Origin: Promethearchaeia archaeon
GTDB lineage: Archaea > Asgardarchaeota > Lokiarchaeia > Sigyniarchaeales > SOKP01
Assembly (NCBI GenBank): GCA_029856155.1
Contig: JAHQWL010000055.1
Coordinates: forward strand, 64,001 to 128,000
Length of the DNA: 64,000 nt
Reading direction: 5' to 3'
Part shown: piece after piece, positions 20,103 through 29,846 of the stretch
How the letters are laid out: each line of letters opens with the position of its first letter
How positions within the stretch are numbered: the first letter of the stretch is position 1
Position numbers and translations under genes: made by a program
The notes under the pieces: model-generated
Told to the model about the DNA's origin: nothing
The model's database searches: none
The model's input: only the letters and a program-made list of their open reading frames with translations

Positions 20103-21434
20103 ATGAGAAATAAGATTGAAAAGCTAATTATTTGCTTGATCTCATTGGTTTTAGTTACTTCAACTTCGATAGGCTCTCTATCAATGCGAGAAATCAGCAC
20201 CAATTCTGACGATTTTTCAAATTCCGTTTCTACCTCATCAACTCAAGATATATTTTGGCCTGGAAATTCAAGTGAATGGACAGAAGTAGCTCCTGAAACT
20301 CAAGGATTAAATTCCAGTAAGATTGATGAGATGTTTGAATTTATTGAAAATAGATCAATTGATATTCATAGTATTATTGTTGTACGCAATGGACATCTGC
20401 TTGTCTACGAATATCTGCAATCTTCCCAAATATATACAAATATAGATGGTTCTAAAACGTATCCATGGGGCCTACTCCATGATCAAGCTTCTACCACTAA
20501 AAGCCTAATGAGCATTGTGATTGGGATAGCTCTCCAAGAAGGTTTCTTAGACAATGTAAGCCAAACATTATATGAATTCTTTGCCCACATTTGGGATGCT
20601 AATTTTACTGATAGCGAACTAAAGAAGGACATCACAATAGAACAATTATTAACAATGAATTCCGGATTATGTGGTGAAGGTCCTCTTTATCCTCCTAACG
20701 CCAAAGACCTTTTAGATTCTTATGGTTCCATTAAATGGGCACTTGATCTTGTGCCATTGGTTTTTACTCCTGGACAAGCGGGAGCTTTTGAATATAGCAA
20801 TGATGGGCCTAATCTCTTATCAGGTATAATTACCAATGTAACTGGTAAAAGCACTGAAGAATTCACAAAAGATTATCTATTTGAACCTTTGGGAATTTCA
20901 GAAGATGAATACTCTTGGTGGCATGATGATTACAACATTAGTTCTGGGGGATATGGATTTTTTTGTTCACCGAAAGTACAAGCGAAATTAGGAATGCTAT
21001 GTCTAAACAATGGCATGTGGAACGGAACCCAAATAGTAGATAAGGATTATATGAAAGACGCAACAACACACCAAATTACAGGTTGGTCTGATTATGGGTA
21101 TTTATTTTACATTAATATTTCAGTGATGACAACTGATTGGTTTGGACTTCCAAAAATAATAGAGTATGATGGATATTATACTGTTGGAGCTGGAGGACAA
21201 TGTATCTATGTTTTACCAAAATACAATCTTGTGGTATGTTTTACTGCTTCAGATGGAGGCCCTTATGAGCAGATGATATATAATTATATTCTCCACCAAA
21301 TTACTGATCCTCCTGAAAATGGACCAACTAATCCAGCAATACCCGGATTTGATTTTAATATGGTATTTCTTATGATTTTTTGCGCTTCTGCCCTATTAGT
21401 CTTTAGAAGGAAGAAGATCTCTAAGAATTCTTAA
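20103..21434 (+). CDS. Exported beta-lactamase/AmpC-family serine hydrolase with C-terminal IPGF anchor (tandem copy 2)
   Basis: Signal peptide, STTK, YSN, IPGFDF-TM-RRKK; long near-identical DNA blocks shared with copy 1. Confidence 0.88.
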   Translation: MRNKIEKLIICLISLVLVTSTSIGSLSMREISTNSDDFSNSVSTSSTQDIFWPGNSSEWTEVAPETQGLNSSKIDEMFEFIENRSIDIHSIIVVRNGHLLVYEYLQSSQIYTNIDGSKTYPWGLLHDQASTTKSLMSIVIGIALQEGFLDNVSQTLYEFFAHIWDANFTDSELKKDITIEQLLTMNSGLCGEGPLYPPNAKDLLDSYGSIKWALDLVPLVFTPGQAGAFEYSNDGPNLLSGIITNVTGKSTEEFTKDYLFEPLGISEDEYSWWHDDYNISSGGYGFFCSPKVQAKLGMLCLNNGMWNGTQIVDKDYMKDATTHQITGWSDYGYLFYINISVMTTDWFGLPKIIEYDGYYTVGAGGQCIYVLPKYNLVVCFTASDGGPYEQMIYNYILHQITDPPENGPTNPAIPGFDFNMVFLMIFCASALLVFRRKKISKNS

Positions 21435-21440
21435 AATATC

Positions 21441-21460
21441 TTTTTTTTACTAATTTTTTT
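21441..21460 (+). terminator. Oligo-T tract, archaeal-type terminator candidate
   Basis: T8 and T7 runs immediately after the stop at 21434. Confidence 0.4.
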
Positions 21461-21507
21461 CTAGAAGGTAATATTCTATTTATTAATTATTAAAACTTGA
21501 AATAAAA

Positions 21508-23256
21508 ATGAAAATGAAGCGAGAGTTACGGATTGAAAAACGTTATTTGAACTTTCCTGTTAAACACGTTAAATACGGAACAAAAAAAAGTTTAATACAC
21601 TTCATTATTGATGGTAAACTCGTACGTGAACTTGAAGTTTCACTGGCAATAGACGAACCTGATTTCTGGGTGTTTCTTGATGTTTCTGAATTTAAAGGTA
21701 AAAAAGCAACTTTACAAATCAAAAAGGAAAATGAAGCATTCAATAAAATTTATCAGGCTGACACATTTCCTGGAGAAGAAAACCTCTACAAAGAGCGCCT
21801 AAGACCTCAGTTCCATTTCTCAACACGTCGAGGATGGAACAACGACCCAAATGGTCTCGTCTATCATGACGGAGAATATCATTTGTTTTACCAGCATAAT
21901 CCTTACGGATGGGATTATGGTTCTGATGCCAATAAAGCTTGGGGTCATGCAATAAGCACTGACTTGGTACACTGGAAAGAAATAGGTGATGCAATTTATC
22001 CAGATAACCTAGGTGGAATATACTCTGGTTCAGCAGTTGTTGATAAGCTTAATACTACGGATTTTCAAAGTAGTGACGAAAAACCAATAATATGTATCTA
22101 TACTTCCGCTGGTGGTAAAACCCCGTGGTCAAAAGACAAGCCTTTTACCCAATCTATTGCATTTAGCAACGATAGGGGTAGAACTTTTACCAAATATAGT
22201 GGAAATCCTGTTCAAGATCTCATTGAACCAATGAATCGCGATCCAAAAGTTATTTGGCATGAACCATCAAATCAATGGGTAATTGTGTTATACTTAGAAG
22301 AAAGTGTTATGGGATTTTTCACATCCAAGGACCTTAAATCCTGGAAACTTCAAAGTAAATATGGAAGAGAAAATCTTCACGAATGCCCGGAATTATTCCA
22401 ATTAGCTATTGATGGAAATCAACAGAACAAAAAATGGATTTTATATGCTGGTAATGGTCGTTACGACATAGGACAATTCGATGGGAAGAAATTTATTCCC
22501 GAAACTAAAGAGATTGAGTTTTGCTATGGTAATTGTTTCTATGCATCACAAACTTTTAACAATGTTCCTGAAGAAGATGGTAGACGTATTCAAATGGCAT
22601 GGGGATTAAGTCCTATGCCAGATATGCCATTTAATCAACAGATGCTCTTTCCCGTTGAACTCACGCTAAGAACTACAGAAGATGGACTGAGAATGTTTGC
22701 TCAACCTATAGATGAAATTAAGAATATTTACGGCAAGAACTGGATATATCAAGAAAAAATTATCGAGGAAGGTCACCATTCAATTATGGAAGAAAATGTT
22801 GATTATGGCTTATACGATATTTCAGTCGAGTTTGAATTTGGGAGTGCCGAAAGATTTGGACTTTTAATTAAAAATATACAAATTACCTACGATATCAATG
22901 AGCAAAAGCTCTATTGTCAAGAACGTTATGCGCCATTAAAACCCATGGATGGTAGAATTAAACTCAGAATCCTTGTTGATCGCACAACATTGGAGATTTT
23001 CGCCAATGATGGCCAAATTTATATGCCGGTCCGTACATCTATTAAACTCTCAGATTTTTCCGAGGACTTTTCAAAATGGGGAACAGATTTTAACATTTCA
23101 GAATTTGTTGAACTATATCCACACAAAATCAATTATATAGTGTCCTATTTTAAACCTATCATTATAGAAAAAAACAATATTTTAGCTTTTAGCGAAGGTG
23201 GAGAAACTAAGCTAGCCAAAATGGAAATTTATGAGCTAAACTCAATTTGGTATTAA
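21508..23256 (+). CDS. GH32 levanase/beta-fructofuranosidase
   Basis: WNNDPNG, RDPKV and ECPE catalytic triad motifs, FYASQTF; N-terminal accessory domain. Confidence 0.93.
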   Translation: MKMKRELRIEKRYLNFPVKHVKYGTKKSLIHFIIDGKLVRELEVSLAIDEPDFWVFLDVSEFKGKKATLQIKKENEAFNKIYQADTFPGEENLYKERLRPQFHFSTRRGWNNDPNGLVYHDGEYHLFYQHNPYGWDYGSDANKAWGHAISTDLVHWKEIGDAIYPDNLGGIYSGSAVVDKLNTTDFQSSDEKPIICIYTSAGGKTPWSKDKPFTQSIAFSNDRGRTFTKYSGNPVQDLIEPMNRDPKVIWHEPSNQWVIVLYLEESVMGFFTSKDLKSWKLQSKYGRENLHECPELFQLAIDGNQQNKKWILYAGNGRYDIGQFDGKKFIPETKEIEFCYGNCFYASQTFNNVPEEDGRRIQMAWGLSPMPDMPFNQQMLFPVELTLRTTEDGLRMFAQPIDEIKNIYGKNWIYQEKIIEEGHHSIMEENVDYGLYDISVEFEFGSAERFGLLIKNIQITYDINEQKLYCQERYAPLKPMDGRIKLRILVDRTTLEIFANDGQIYMPVRTSIKLSDFSEDFSKWGTDFNISEFVELYPHKINYIVSYFKPIIIEKNNILAFSEGGETKLAKMEIYELNSIWY

Positions 23257-23291
23257 ATGATAATTAAAAGAATTATAATCTTCTAATTTAA

Positions 23292-24986
23292 TTAATCCAT
23301 TCCTTCTCTGTCTTTTACTCCATATGGTGGATTAACACACCAGATATAATGGCCTTCATCGATTTTTATTTGATGGGGTGACTCAAATTCGCATTCTGGT
23401 GTTCGATTATCTGATACACACCGAGGATTAAAAGTACATCCTGGTGGTGGATCAATTGGGCTCGGAACTTCGCCATCTATAACATATTTTATATCTTGAT
23501 CAAAAGGATCTATTTCAGAGTGACTCTTTAGGAGTGCTTGAGTATAGGGATGGGCTGGATTTAAAAAGATTTGATCAGTTTCCCCAATCTCAACAACCTT
23601 ACCTAGATACATTACAGCAACTCTATCCGCAATATGATTCACAACGGCTAAATTATGTGTTATAAACAAGAAACCATATCCATATTCCTCCTGTAAGTCT
23701 ATAAGGAGGTTTAAGATTTGTGCTTGTACAGACACATCAAGAGCTGATGTGGGCTCATCAAGGACAACTAATTCTGGATTACAAGCAAGTGCTCTTGCTA
23801 TAATAATTCTTTGCTTTTGCCCCCCTGAAAACTCGTGAGGATAACGATCCATGTGTTCTCGTTTTAATGAAACCTGTTTCAATAGCCGCAAAACATGTCT
23901 TCTGATTTTCATTTTATCGGTAATAGCAAGCAAATTCTTAAGCGGTTCTGCTATAATATCAGTAACTTTTAAACGTGGATTTAAAGAAGCATCAGGATCC
24001 TGGAAAACCATTTGAATTTTTTGTCTGAAATAACTTGAAAATTCGTTCGGGATAGGTTCGTCATGAAATAATATTTCTCCATCTTCTATATCTAGTAATC
24101 CTAAAATTGTGTTTGCGATAGTTGTTTTCCCACATCCACTTTCTCCAACTAACCCTAATGTTTCACCTGTCTTGATCTCAAATGATATACTATCAACCGC
24201 TTTTACTTCACCAATTTTCCTTTTAAGTACCCCTTTAAGTAGAGGATAATATACTTTAAGGTTTGTAACTTTTAATAAAGGCTTACCCTTTTCTAAAACT
24301 TTTAGATCTCTGATCTCCTGAATTGGTATGGTTTTATAAGCGATTAATTTGGCTATAGCTATAGTTATAATAGAAATAATAATACTTATTAAGGAATCTA
24401 CAATAAAATAATCAAAGAACATTCTTTGTTGAATGATAAACATTAACATTAGACAAAGAGGGCCTGGTATTACACCGACAATAACGACAACTCTTCTTAA
24501 CTTCACCAATTGAATTTTATCTCCCCAACTTGCTATAAATCCTGATACACCAAAAATAACTAGAAGGAACAGAACAAAAGTAAATTTTGAACCATCCAAT
24601 TTATCATCACCTGTAATTAGAAAAATATCTATAATATCAAAAAGAGAAGATATATAAATGGTAGCAATGAATAAAATAATTTGAGCGAAGGCTACAATTT
24701 CTAAAGATCTTAACCACTTCTTTTTTTGAATTATTATTAAGATACCTAATCCAATAATAGTATTGATAAAAATCATGAGAAGGTCAGTGAACAGGTTTTT
24801 ACCGATCAATGAATAAATGGTTAACCCCACAACCATGCCTATAACAAACCAGGTTATATTTATAATCAACGCTGATAAAAAGGATTTATCCCATCTTCTA
24901 AATTTGATATGCCTATTTATATAAAACGTACCCACTAATATTTGTAATAGTTGAGTAGTAAACAATAATGTTATATTAACAGCCAT
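23292..24986 (-). CDS. oppF: OppF/DppF-type peptide ABC ATPase fused to an N-terminal multi-pass membrane domain
   Basis: GESGCGKT, FSGGQKQR, LDEPTSALD, HPYT, C-terminal Cys cluster; ~218-aa hydrophobic N-terminus. Confidence 0.88.
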   Translation of the reverse strand: MAVNITLLFTTQLLQILVGTFYINRHIKFRRWDKSFLSALIINITWFVIGMVVGLTIYSLIGKNLFTDLLMIFINTIIGLGILIIIQKKKWLRSLEIVAFAQIILFIATIYISSLFDIIDIFLITGDDKLDGSKFTFVLFLLVIFGVSGFIASWGDKIQLVKLRRVVVIVGVIPGPLCLMLMFIIQQRMFFDYFIVDSLISIIISIITIAIAKLIAYKTIPIQEIRDLKVLEKGKPLLKVTNLKVYYPLLKGVLKRKIGEVKAVDSISFEIKTGETLGLVGESGCGKTTIANTILGLLDIEDGEILFHDEPIPNEFSSYFRQKIQMVFQDPDASLNPRLKVTDIIAEPLKNLLAITDKMKIRRHVLRLLKQVSLKREHMDRYPHEFSGGQKQRIIIARALACNPELVVLDEPTSALDVSVQAQILNLLIDLQEEYGYGFLFITHNLAVVNHIADRVAVMYLGKVVEIGETDQIFLNPAHPYTQALLKSHSEIDPFDQDIKYVIDGEVPSPIDPPPGCTFNPRCVSDNRTPECEFESPHQIKIDEGHYIWCVNPPYGVKDREGMD

Positions 24987-25036
24987 TTTGACTTATCCTT
25001 CCATTTTTATATTATTTAAAATAAGTTTTATTGACT

Positions 25037-26920
25037 TTATTCCTCATGTTTTTTTATAGAAATTTCTGCTAATTCTTTAAAATCATCATCATAAAGATGA
25101 CAGGCTACAAAATAATCTGGTTCAAGCTCTATACTTTTTGGTATTTTCGAATCGCAAGGTTCGAAGCAGTACTTGCAACGTGGATGAAATCTGCATCCAG
25201 AAGGTGGATAAATCAGGTTTGGTACCGTTCCTTTTATAACTTCAAGATGACGTCTCTTTTTTCCTACAACGGGAACAGAGGCTATGAGACTTCTTGTGTA
25301 GGGATGATAGGGTTTTATGAATAGTTTCTGAATACTCCCATTTTCGACTATAAAACCTGAATACATCACAGCAACCCTATCACACATTTTGGAAATTATT
25401 CCTAGATCATGTGTGATAAACAACATTGAAGTATTAAATTTACTCTTAAGTTCTTTCATTAACTTTAGAATTTGATTTTGAATGGTTACGTCCAGTGCTG
25501 TTGTAGGTTCATCCGCGATTAAAAGTTTTGGGCTGCAAGCAAGACCCATAGCGATCTGAACCCTTTGTCGCATTCCTCCACTCAATTCATGTGGGTATAA
25601 ATTAAAAATCAAATTTGGGAATGGGATATTTAAATCCTGTAAAAGTCGCTCACTCCACTCTCGCGCAACAGTAAAAATACTTTTATCTTGTTTAGATGCT
25701 TCTATCAGCAATTCATTTTCCATATGCAAGAGAAAGACTTCAGTGATTTGAGCCCCAATTCTAAAAACGGGATTAAGAGAATTAAGGGGATCCTGAAAAA
25801 TCATGGTAATATCTTTCCCACGATATTCCAATACTTCAGATATCGATTTTTGTATCAAATCTTCTCCTTCAAAGATGACTTTACCTTTTTCTATTTTTCC
25901 TGGAGGGCGTACTAATTGTAGAATAGATAATGCTGTAACGGATTTACCACAACCAGTTTCTCCTACAAGACCAAGAGTTTCTCCCTCATTAATTTTAAAA
26001 GAAACACCTTCAACAGCTTTTACAATTCCCTCCTCTGTGTAGAAATAAGTTGTAAGATCTTGAACTTCTAAAATAACATTATTCCCAACACCCCTTATTT
26101 CATCACTTTGCTTTTTCTCATGTAGTTCAATGACTTTCTGAAGTTTTACTTCACTCCTTTCAAGAGCTTGTGGTTTAAATATCTTCTTTAATGTAATAAA
26201 GTAAACAGTGACATATAGTGCATTAACGACTATAATTAAAATACGAATATCTTGCTCGTATAGAATGATACCAAATAGTCTCTGTAAATATAGTTCAACA
26301 ATAATGAGCTGAATAGACCAAATTCCAAATGAGATAAGTCCACCAGTATATATGGCCTGCTTAAGCACGTTATCCGGAATCCGTGTCTCAATTGGCCGAG
26401 CTTTATTAACTGTAATTGTTATGATCATAGCAAAACCGATTACAAAAATAGCCCACAGAAAACCAAGATTGAATACATCAGGAATTTCCATAGGAATTTG
26501 GAGGAGAGGTATTGATAAAAAGATGGCTCCAACGATCCACGCTAGTATTATAAATTTAATATATAATCTCCTAAATTGTTCACTGATAATATTTTCCTCA
26601 TCATGCAATTTGTATTTCGCAAATCTCTTCAAAAAAATGGCGTGTAAGGGTAGAAATATTGTTGTCATTATAGCAAATAAAAATGCATCTGTAGTCAAGT
26701 ATCTGAATAAATAATACCCCTCAAAAATATAAAAATGTCCGAGAGATTCTAAAAGCAGACGAATACTTAATATTATCCCAAAAATAATTAGGGTGCTTAC
26801 ACCCGAACTATATCTATGAACCCTTTTAGAAATCCGAACTTCATCTCGGAGATTATTATTTAGAATGACAGCACTCAAATATAAAACCGAAGCTGCTACT
26901 AAAGCTTCAATTAATGACAT
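25037..26920 (-). CDS. oppD: OppD/DppD-type peptide ABC ATPase fused to an N-terminal multi-pass membrane domain
   Basis: GETGCGKS, LSGGMRQR, ADEPTTALD, HPYT, GCRFHPRC; ~248-aa hydrophobic N-terminus. Confidence 0.88.
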   Translation of the reverse strand: MSLIEALVAASVLYLSAVILNNNLRDEVRISKRVHRYSSGVSTLIIFGIILSIRLLLESLGHFYIFEGYYLFRYLTTDAFLFAIMTTIFLPLHAIFLKRFAKYKLHDEENIISEQFRRLYIKFIILAWIVGAIFLSIPLLQIPMEIPDVFNLGFLWAIFVIGFAMIITITVNKARPIETRIPDNVLKQAIYTGGLISFGIWSIQLIIVELYLQRLFGIILYEQDIRILIIVVNALYVTVYFITLKKIFKPQALERSEVKLQKVIELHEKKQSDEIRGVGNNVILEVQDLTTYFYTEEGIVKAVEGVSFKINEGETLGLVGETGCGKSVTALSILQLVRPPGKIEKGKVIFEGEDLIQKSISEVLEYRGKDITMIFQDPLNSLNPVFRIGAQITEVFLLHMENELLIEASKQDKSIFTVAREWSERLLQDLNIPFPNLIFNLYPHELSGGMRQRVQIAMGLACSPKLLIADEPTTALDVTIQNQILKLMKELKSKFNTSMLFITHDLGIISKMCDRVAVMYSGFIVENGSIQKLFIKPYHPYTRSLIASVPVVGKKRRHLEVIKGTVPNLIYPPSGCRFHPRCKYCFEPCDSKIPKSIELEPDYFVACHLYDDDFKELAEISIKKHEE

Positions 26921-26976
26921 TCCAAAATTTAATTCAATACCAACTTGAAATACTATTCCTATGATTATAGTTTACC

Positions 26977-27984
26977 TCATTTTTGTATGGTTAATCGTGG
27001 ATCTAAAGCGTCCCTTACTCCATCCCCCATTAACATAAACCCAACAGCAGTTATTCCGATAAAAATACCCGGCCATATTGCTGCCGCTATGGCAGTCATT
27101 GGGCGTCCTAAAGTCCAATTTATATCAATTCCCCAAGTTGCAATGTCAGGGTCTCCAAAACCTAGAAAAGCAAGCCCCGCTAAACCTAAAACTGTGCCCG
27201 CAGCTCCACCGAAGAAAGTTATTATCATAGGTGATATGGAGTTTGGTACAATATGTTTAAACATGACTTTAAATTTAAGAGCACCACCTGTTTTTGCTGC
27301 CTTTACATAATCAAATTGTTTTACTTGTAAAACCAATGATCGCATAAACCTAATATTATATGGAATGCCAAGTACCCCATAAATTACTAGAGTAGTTAAT
27401 AAATCTTGACCAATTATAGGAGCGAGAATGATTATTAAAATTAACATTGGAAATGAATACCATAAATCAGCAAAACGCATCATAAGATAATCAACAATAC
27501 CACCAAAATAGGCTGAAATTGTTCCTAAAATTAGACCACCCCCCATCGATATAATTACTGGTATAAACGCCATTCCTATTGAAGTTCGAGCACCCCATAT
27601 TATTCGTGCATATACATCATACCCATACAATGTTGTCCCTAGTGGATGTTCCGGGCTAGGATCATCGAAAGGAACGCCGTCTGGGGGAATGTATGGGGGT
27701 ACTACCTCTTGTAGCGGAATATCGGTTAAAAATGGCCCATAAACTGCTAAAATTACAATATATAAAACCATCAAGAACCCAATAATTGTTAAAGGGGTAA
27801 GAAAACGACGGAATACCCGCCTTTTTGATTTTATTTTTTCAATTTCATTTTCGTAAGCGGAGAATTCTGGATCACGCCAAGCGGGAAGTAGATAAAATTT
27901 CAATAGGCGTACCCACTTCTTACCTCCACTTACAGAAAAATCTTTATAATCTCTTTCTTCTATTGTTATATCTTGTTCAGTCAT
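26977..27984 (-). CDS. oppC: OppC/DppC peptide ABC permease
   Basis: HPLGT..GYDVYARIIWGARTS, EAA-like loop DYVKAAKTGGA, GDGVRDALDPR. Confidence 0.92.
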   Translation of the reverse strand: MTEQDITIEERDYKDFSVSGGKKWVRLLKFYLLPAWRDPEFSAYENEIEKIKSKRRVFRRFLTPLTIIGFLMVLYIVILAVYGPFLTDIPLQEVVPPYIPPDGVPFDDPSPEHPLGTTLYGYDVYARIIWGARTSIGMAFIPVIISMGGGLILGTISAYFGGIVDYLMMRFADLWYSFPMLILIIILAPIIGQDLLTTLVIYGVLGIPYNIRFMRSLVLQVKQFDYVKAAKTGGALKFKVMFKHIVPNSISPMIITFFGGAAGTVLGLAGLAFLGFGDPDIATWGIDINWTLGRPMTAIAAAIWPGIFIGITAVGFMLMGDGVRDALDPRLTIQK

Positions 27985-28013
27985 ATTTCAAATCTTTTGT
28001 TTTAATTATATCT

Positions 28014-29120
28014 TTAATTATATGTTATCCTCGGATCAATAATGGTATACATTACATCAGCAACCAATAGTCCAATGAGTGTAATTATTACAGCAAATAC
28101 CATTAAGCCATTAATGACCAAGTAATCACCTGCTGTAATTGCATTGAGAAACCACCAACCAAATCCTTTGTAATCAAAAGTCATCTCAATGAAAAGTGAT
28201 CCTAAAATTGCTCCTGCAGTACCCCCAATGATAAGATTACTCGTGGGGATGAGGGCATTCCGGAGTGCATGTTTATTAATAACATCGTTTTCTTCAACTC
28301 CTTTTGCACGAGCAGTTCTGATATAATCGCTATCTAATACTTCTAACATGCTTGAGCGCGTTAGTCTAGATATCCCTGCTAAGGACAAAAAAACCATACA
28401 TATGGAGGGAAGAATTAAATGCAAAATTGTATCAAAAAGAAACTTTTGATCATTATAAATAATGGCATCGAGAATTCGGAAGCCTGTGGTAAATCCACCT
28501 GCAGCATTTGGTAAAAAAAGCCCCGGTGAATTCGTTAACTGAACAGGTATAGCAAGTTGACCATTAGTAAATTCGGTAATATAAACACCAAAACCAATTT
28601 GAAGCAAGATAGCAATCCAAAAAACTGGAAAACCCGCGCCAAGTATCGTAATGAAACGAATTATATTATCTTTCACTTTATCTTTGTGTCTTGCTGCTGT
28701 AGCTCCAAGTTTGACAGCGATAATTGGAGTCAAAAAAATAGGGACTATCATTAATTCAATAGTCTTAGGAAAGATTTCAGCAATAAATTCAAGGACAGGT
28801 TTTCCTTCATTAAGTGTGTAAGATTCACCCCATTCTCCTATGAAAAAGTTTCTTAAATAATTAAAGAGTTGAACGTACCAAGGATCATTATATCCCACTC
28901 TTTCCATTTCCGCTGCAAGTAGTTCTGGGTTATCAGCTCCAACTCTAAATAGTATAGGGCTTACTAGCATCATCCTCGCTAATAGCCATGTAATTATTAA
29001 AGAAAGTATTAACATCGGAAACACAATAATAATTCGCTTAATGATATATTTTATCATGTTAGTGTGTTTTTTTCCCTTAGATTTCTTGAATTTGATTTCC
29101 TTTTTAGAGTTCTTTTCCAT
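28014..29120 (-). CDS. oppB: OppB/DppB peptide ABC permease (true start may be the internal MIKYIIKR)
   Basis: YIIKRI, RSSMLEVLDSDYIRTARAKG, HALRNALIP, DVMYTIIDPRI. Confidence 0.92.
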   Translation of the reverse strand: MEKNSKKEIKFKKSKGKKHTNMIKYIIKRIIIVFPMLILSLIITWLLARMMLVSPILFRVGADNPELLAAEMERVGYNDPWYVQLFNYLRNFFIGEWGESYTLNEGKPVLEFIAEIFPKTIELMIVPIFLTPIIAVKLGATAARHKDKVKDNIIRFITILGAGFPVFWIAILLQIGFGVYITEFTNGQLAIPVQLTNSPGLFLPNAAGGFTTGFRILDAIIYNDQKFLFDTILHLILPSICMVFLSLAGISRLTRSSMLEVLDSDYIRTARAKGVEENDVINKHALRNALIPTSNLIIGGTAGAILGSLFIEMTFDYKGFGWWFLNAITAGDYLVINGLMVFAVIITLIGLLVADVMYTIIDPRITYN

Positions 29121-29158
29121 TTTTATTCTTCACTTCTTTTATTATAATCCTTTTTTAC

Positions 29159-29653
29159 TCAAATTTTTCTTCTCTTTTTTATAATTTGTTTAAATTTCAT
29201 CCCACTTAAAGCCCCAGTAAACGTACACCCATACAAGATTAAAATATTTAAATAACCCTCTCCATGAGCAAATTGTAAGATGAACGGCTCTGCAGAGAAT
29301 CCAAACATTATCCAATAAAACAAAAAACCTTCAGCTATTAATAATGGTACCATCCACAATGAGGCTTTTATCCCATAATGTGGAATTTCTTCCTTATAGG
29401 TTAATAAAAAACATATGAAAAATAACAATAAAATGGGCAAGTAGAAAGTTTGTGGATATACTTTATAGGTCCAAAACAATATTGTAGGATCCATTTCAGT
29501 ATAAGGGATCGATACCGATCTACTACTAATCAAGAGTATATTCGCGACAATTCCGAAATAACCCAATAAAACAACTATATATGCAAAAATAATTGACCCT
29601 TGTCTACCCCAGTCAATTTGGAAATGTCCCTTTATTTCTGTATCATTTGTCAA
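29159..29653 (-). CDS. Uncharacterised membrane protein (~4 TM), first gene of the opp operon
   Basis: Four hydrophobic segments and a basic C-terminus; co-oriented 38 nt upstream of oppB; TTG start. Confidence 0.7.
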   Translation of the reverse strand: MTNDTEIKGHFQIDWGRQGSIIFAYIVVLLGYFGIVANILLISSRSVSIPYTEMDPTILFWTYKVYPQTFYLPILLLFFICFLLTYKEEIPHYGIKASLWMVPLLIAEGFLFYWIMFGFSAEPFILQFAHGEGYLNILILYGCTFTGALSGMKFKQIIKKRRKI

Positions 29654-29798
29654 AAGATATTCCTCTTTTTTATTGCTATTGTTATTAATTGTTCTTTGTG
29701 TTTTCCGATATATTCCGAAATTAAATATCTTACAATTAATCTACGTTATTTCTAAGAAATATTGAAATATTTAAATATCTTAATTACGTAACCTTATT

Positions 29799-29819
29799 TA
29801 AATTTACGATGTAAATTTA
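29799..29819. promoter_or_regulatory. Perfect 9-bp inverted repeat TAAATTTAC-GAT-GTAAATTTA, candidate operator
   Basis: In the divergent region between the opp operon and oppA, 27 nt before the oppA ATG. Confidence 0.45.
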
Positions 29820-29846
29820 TCTAAAAAAATGGAGAATAAATAAAAA

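Noticed and set aside
15617-21434. Antibiotic-resistance island (rph plus beta-lactamases) or PEP synthase
   Set aside because: Family membership alone does not show resistance, and the probable archaeal host lacks the drug targets. The domain order excludes PpsA
24333-26920. Rhodopsin domains (7 TM) fused to ATPases
   Set aside because: No DxxxK- or SxxxK-type retinal-binding motif recognisable in helix 7 of either domain
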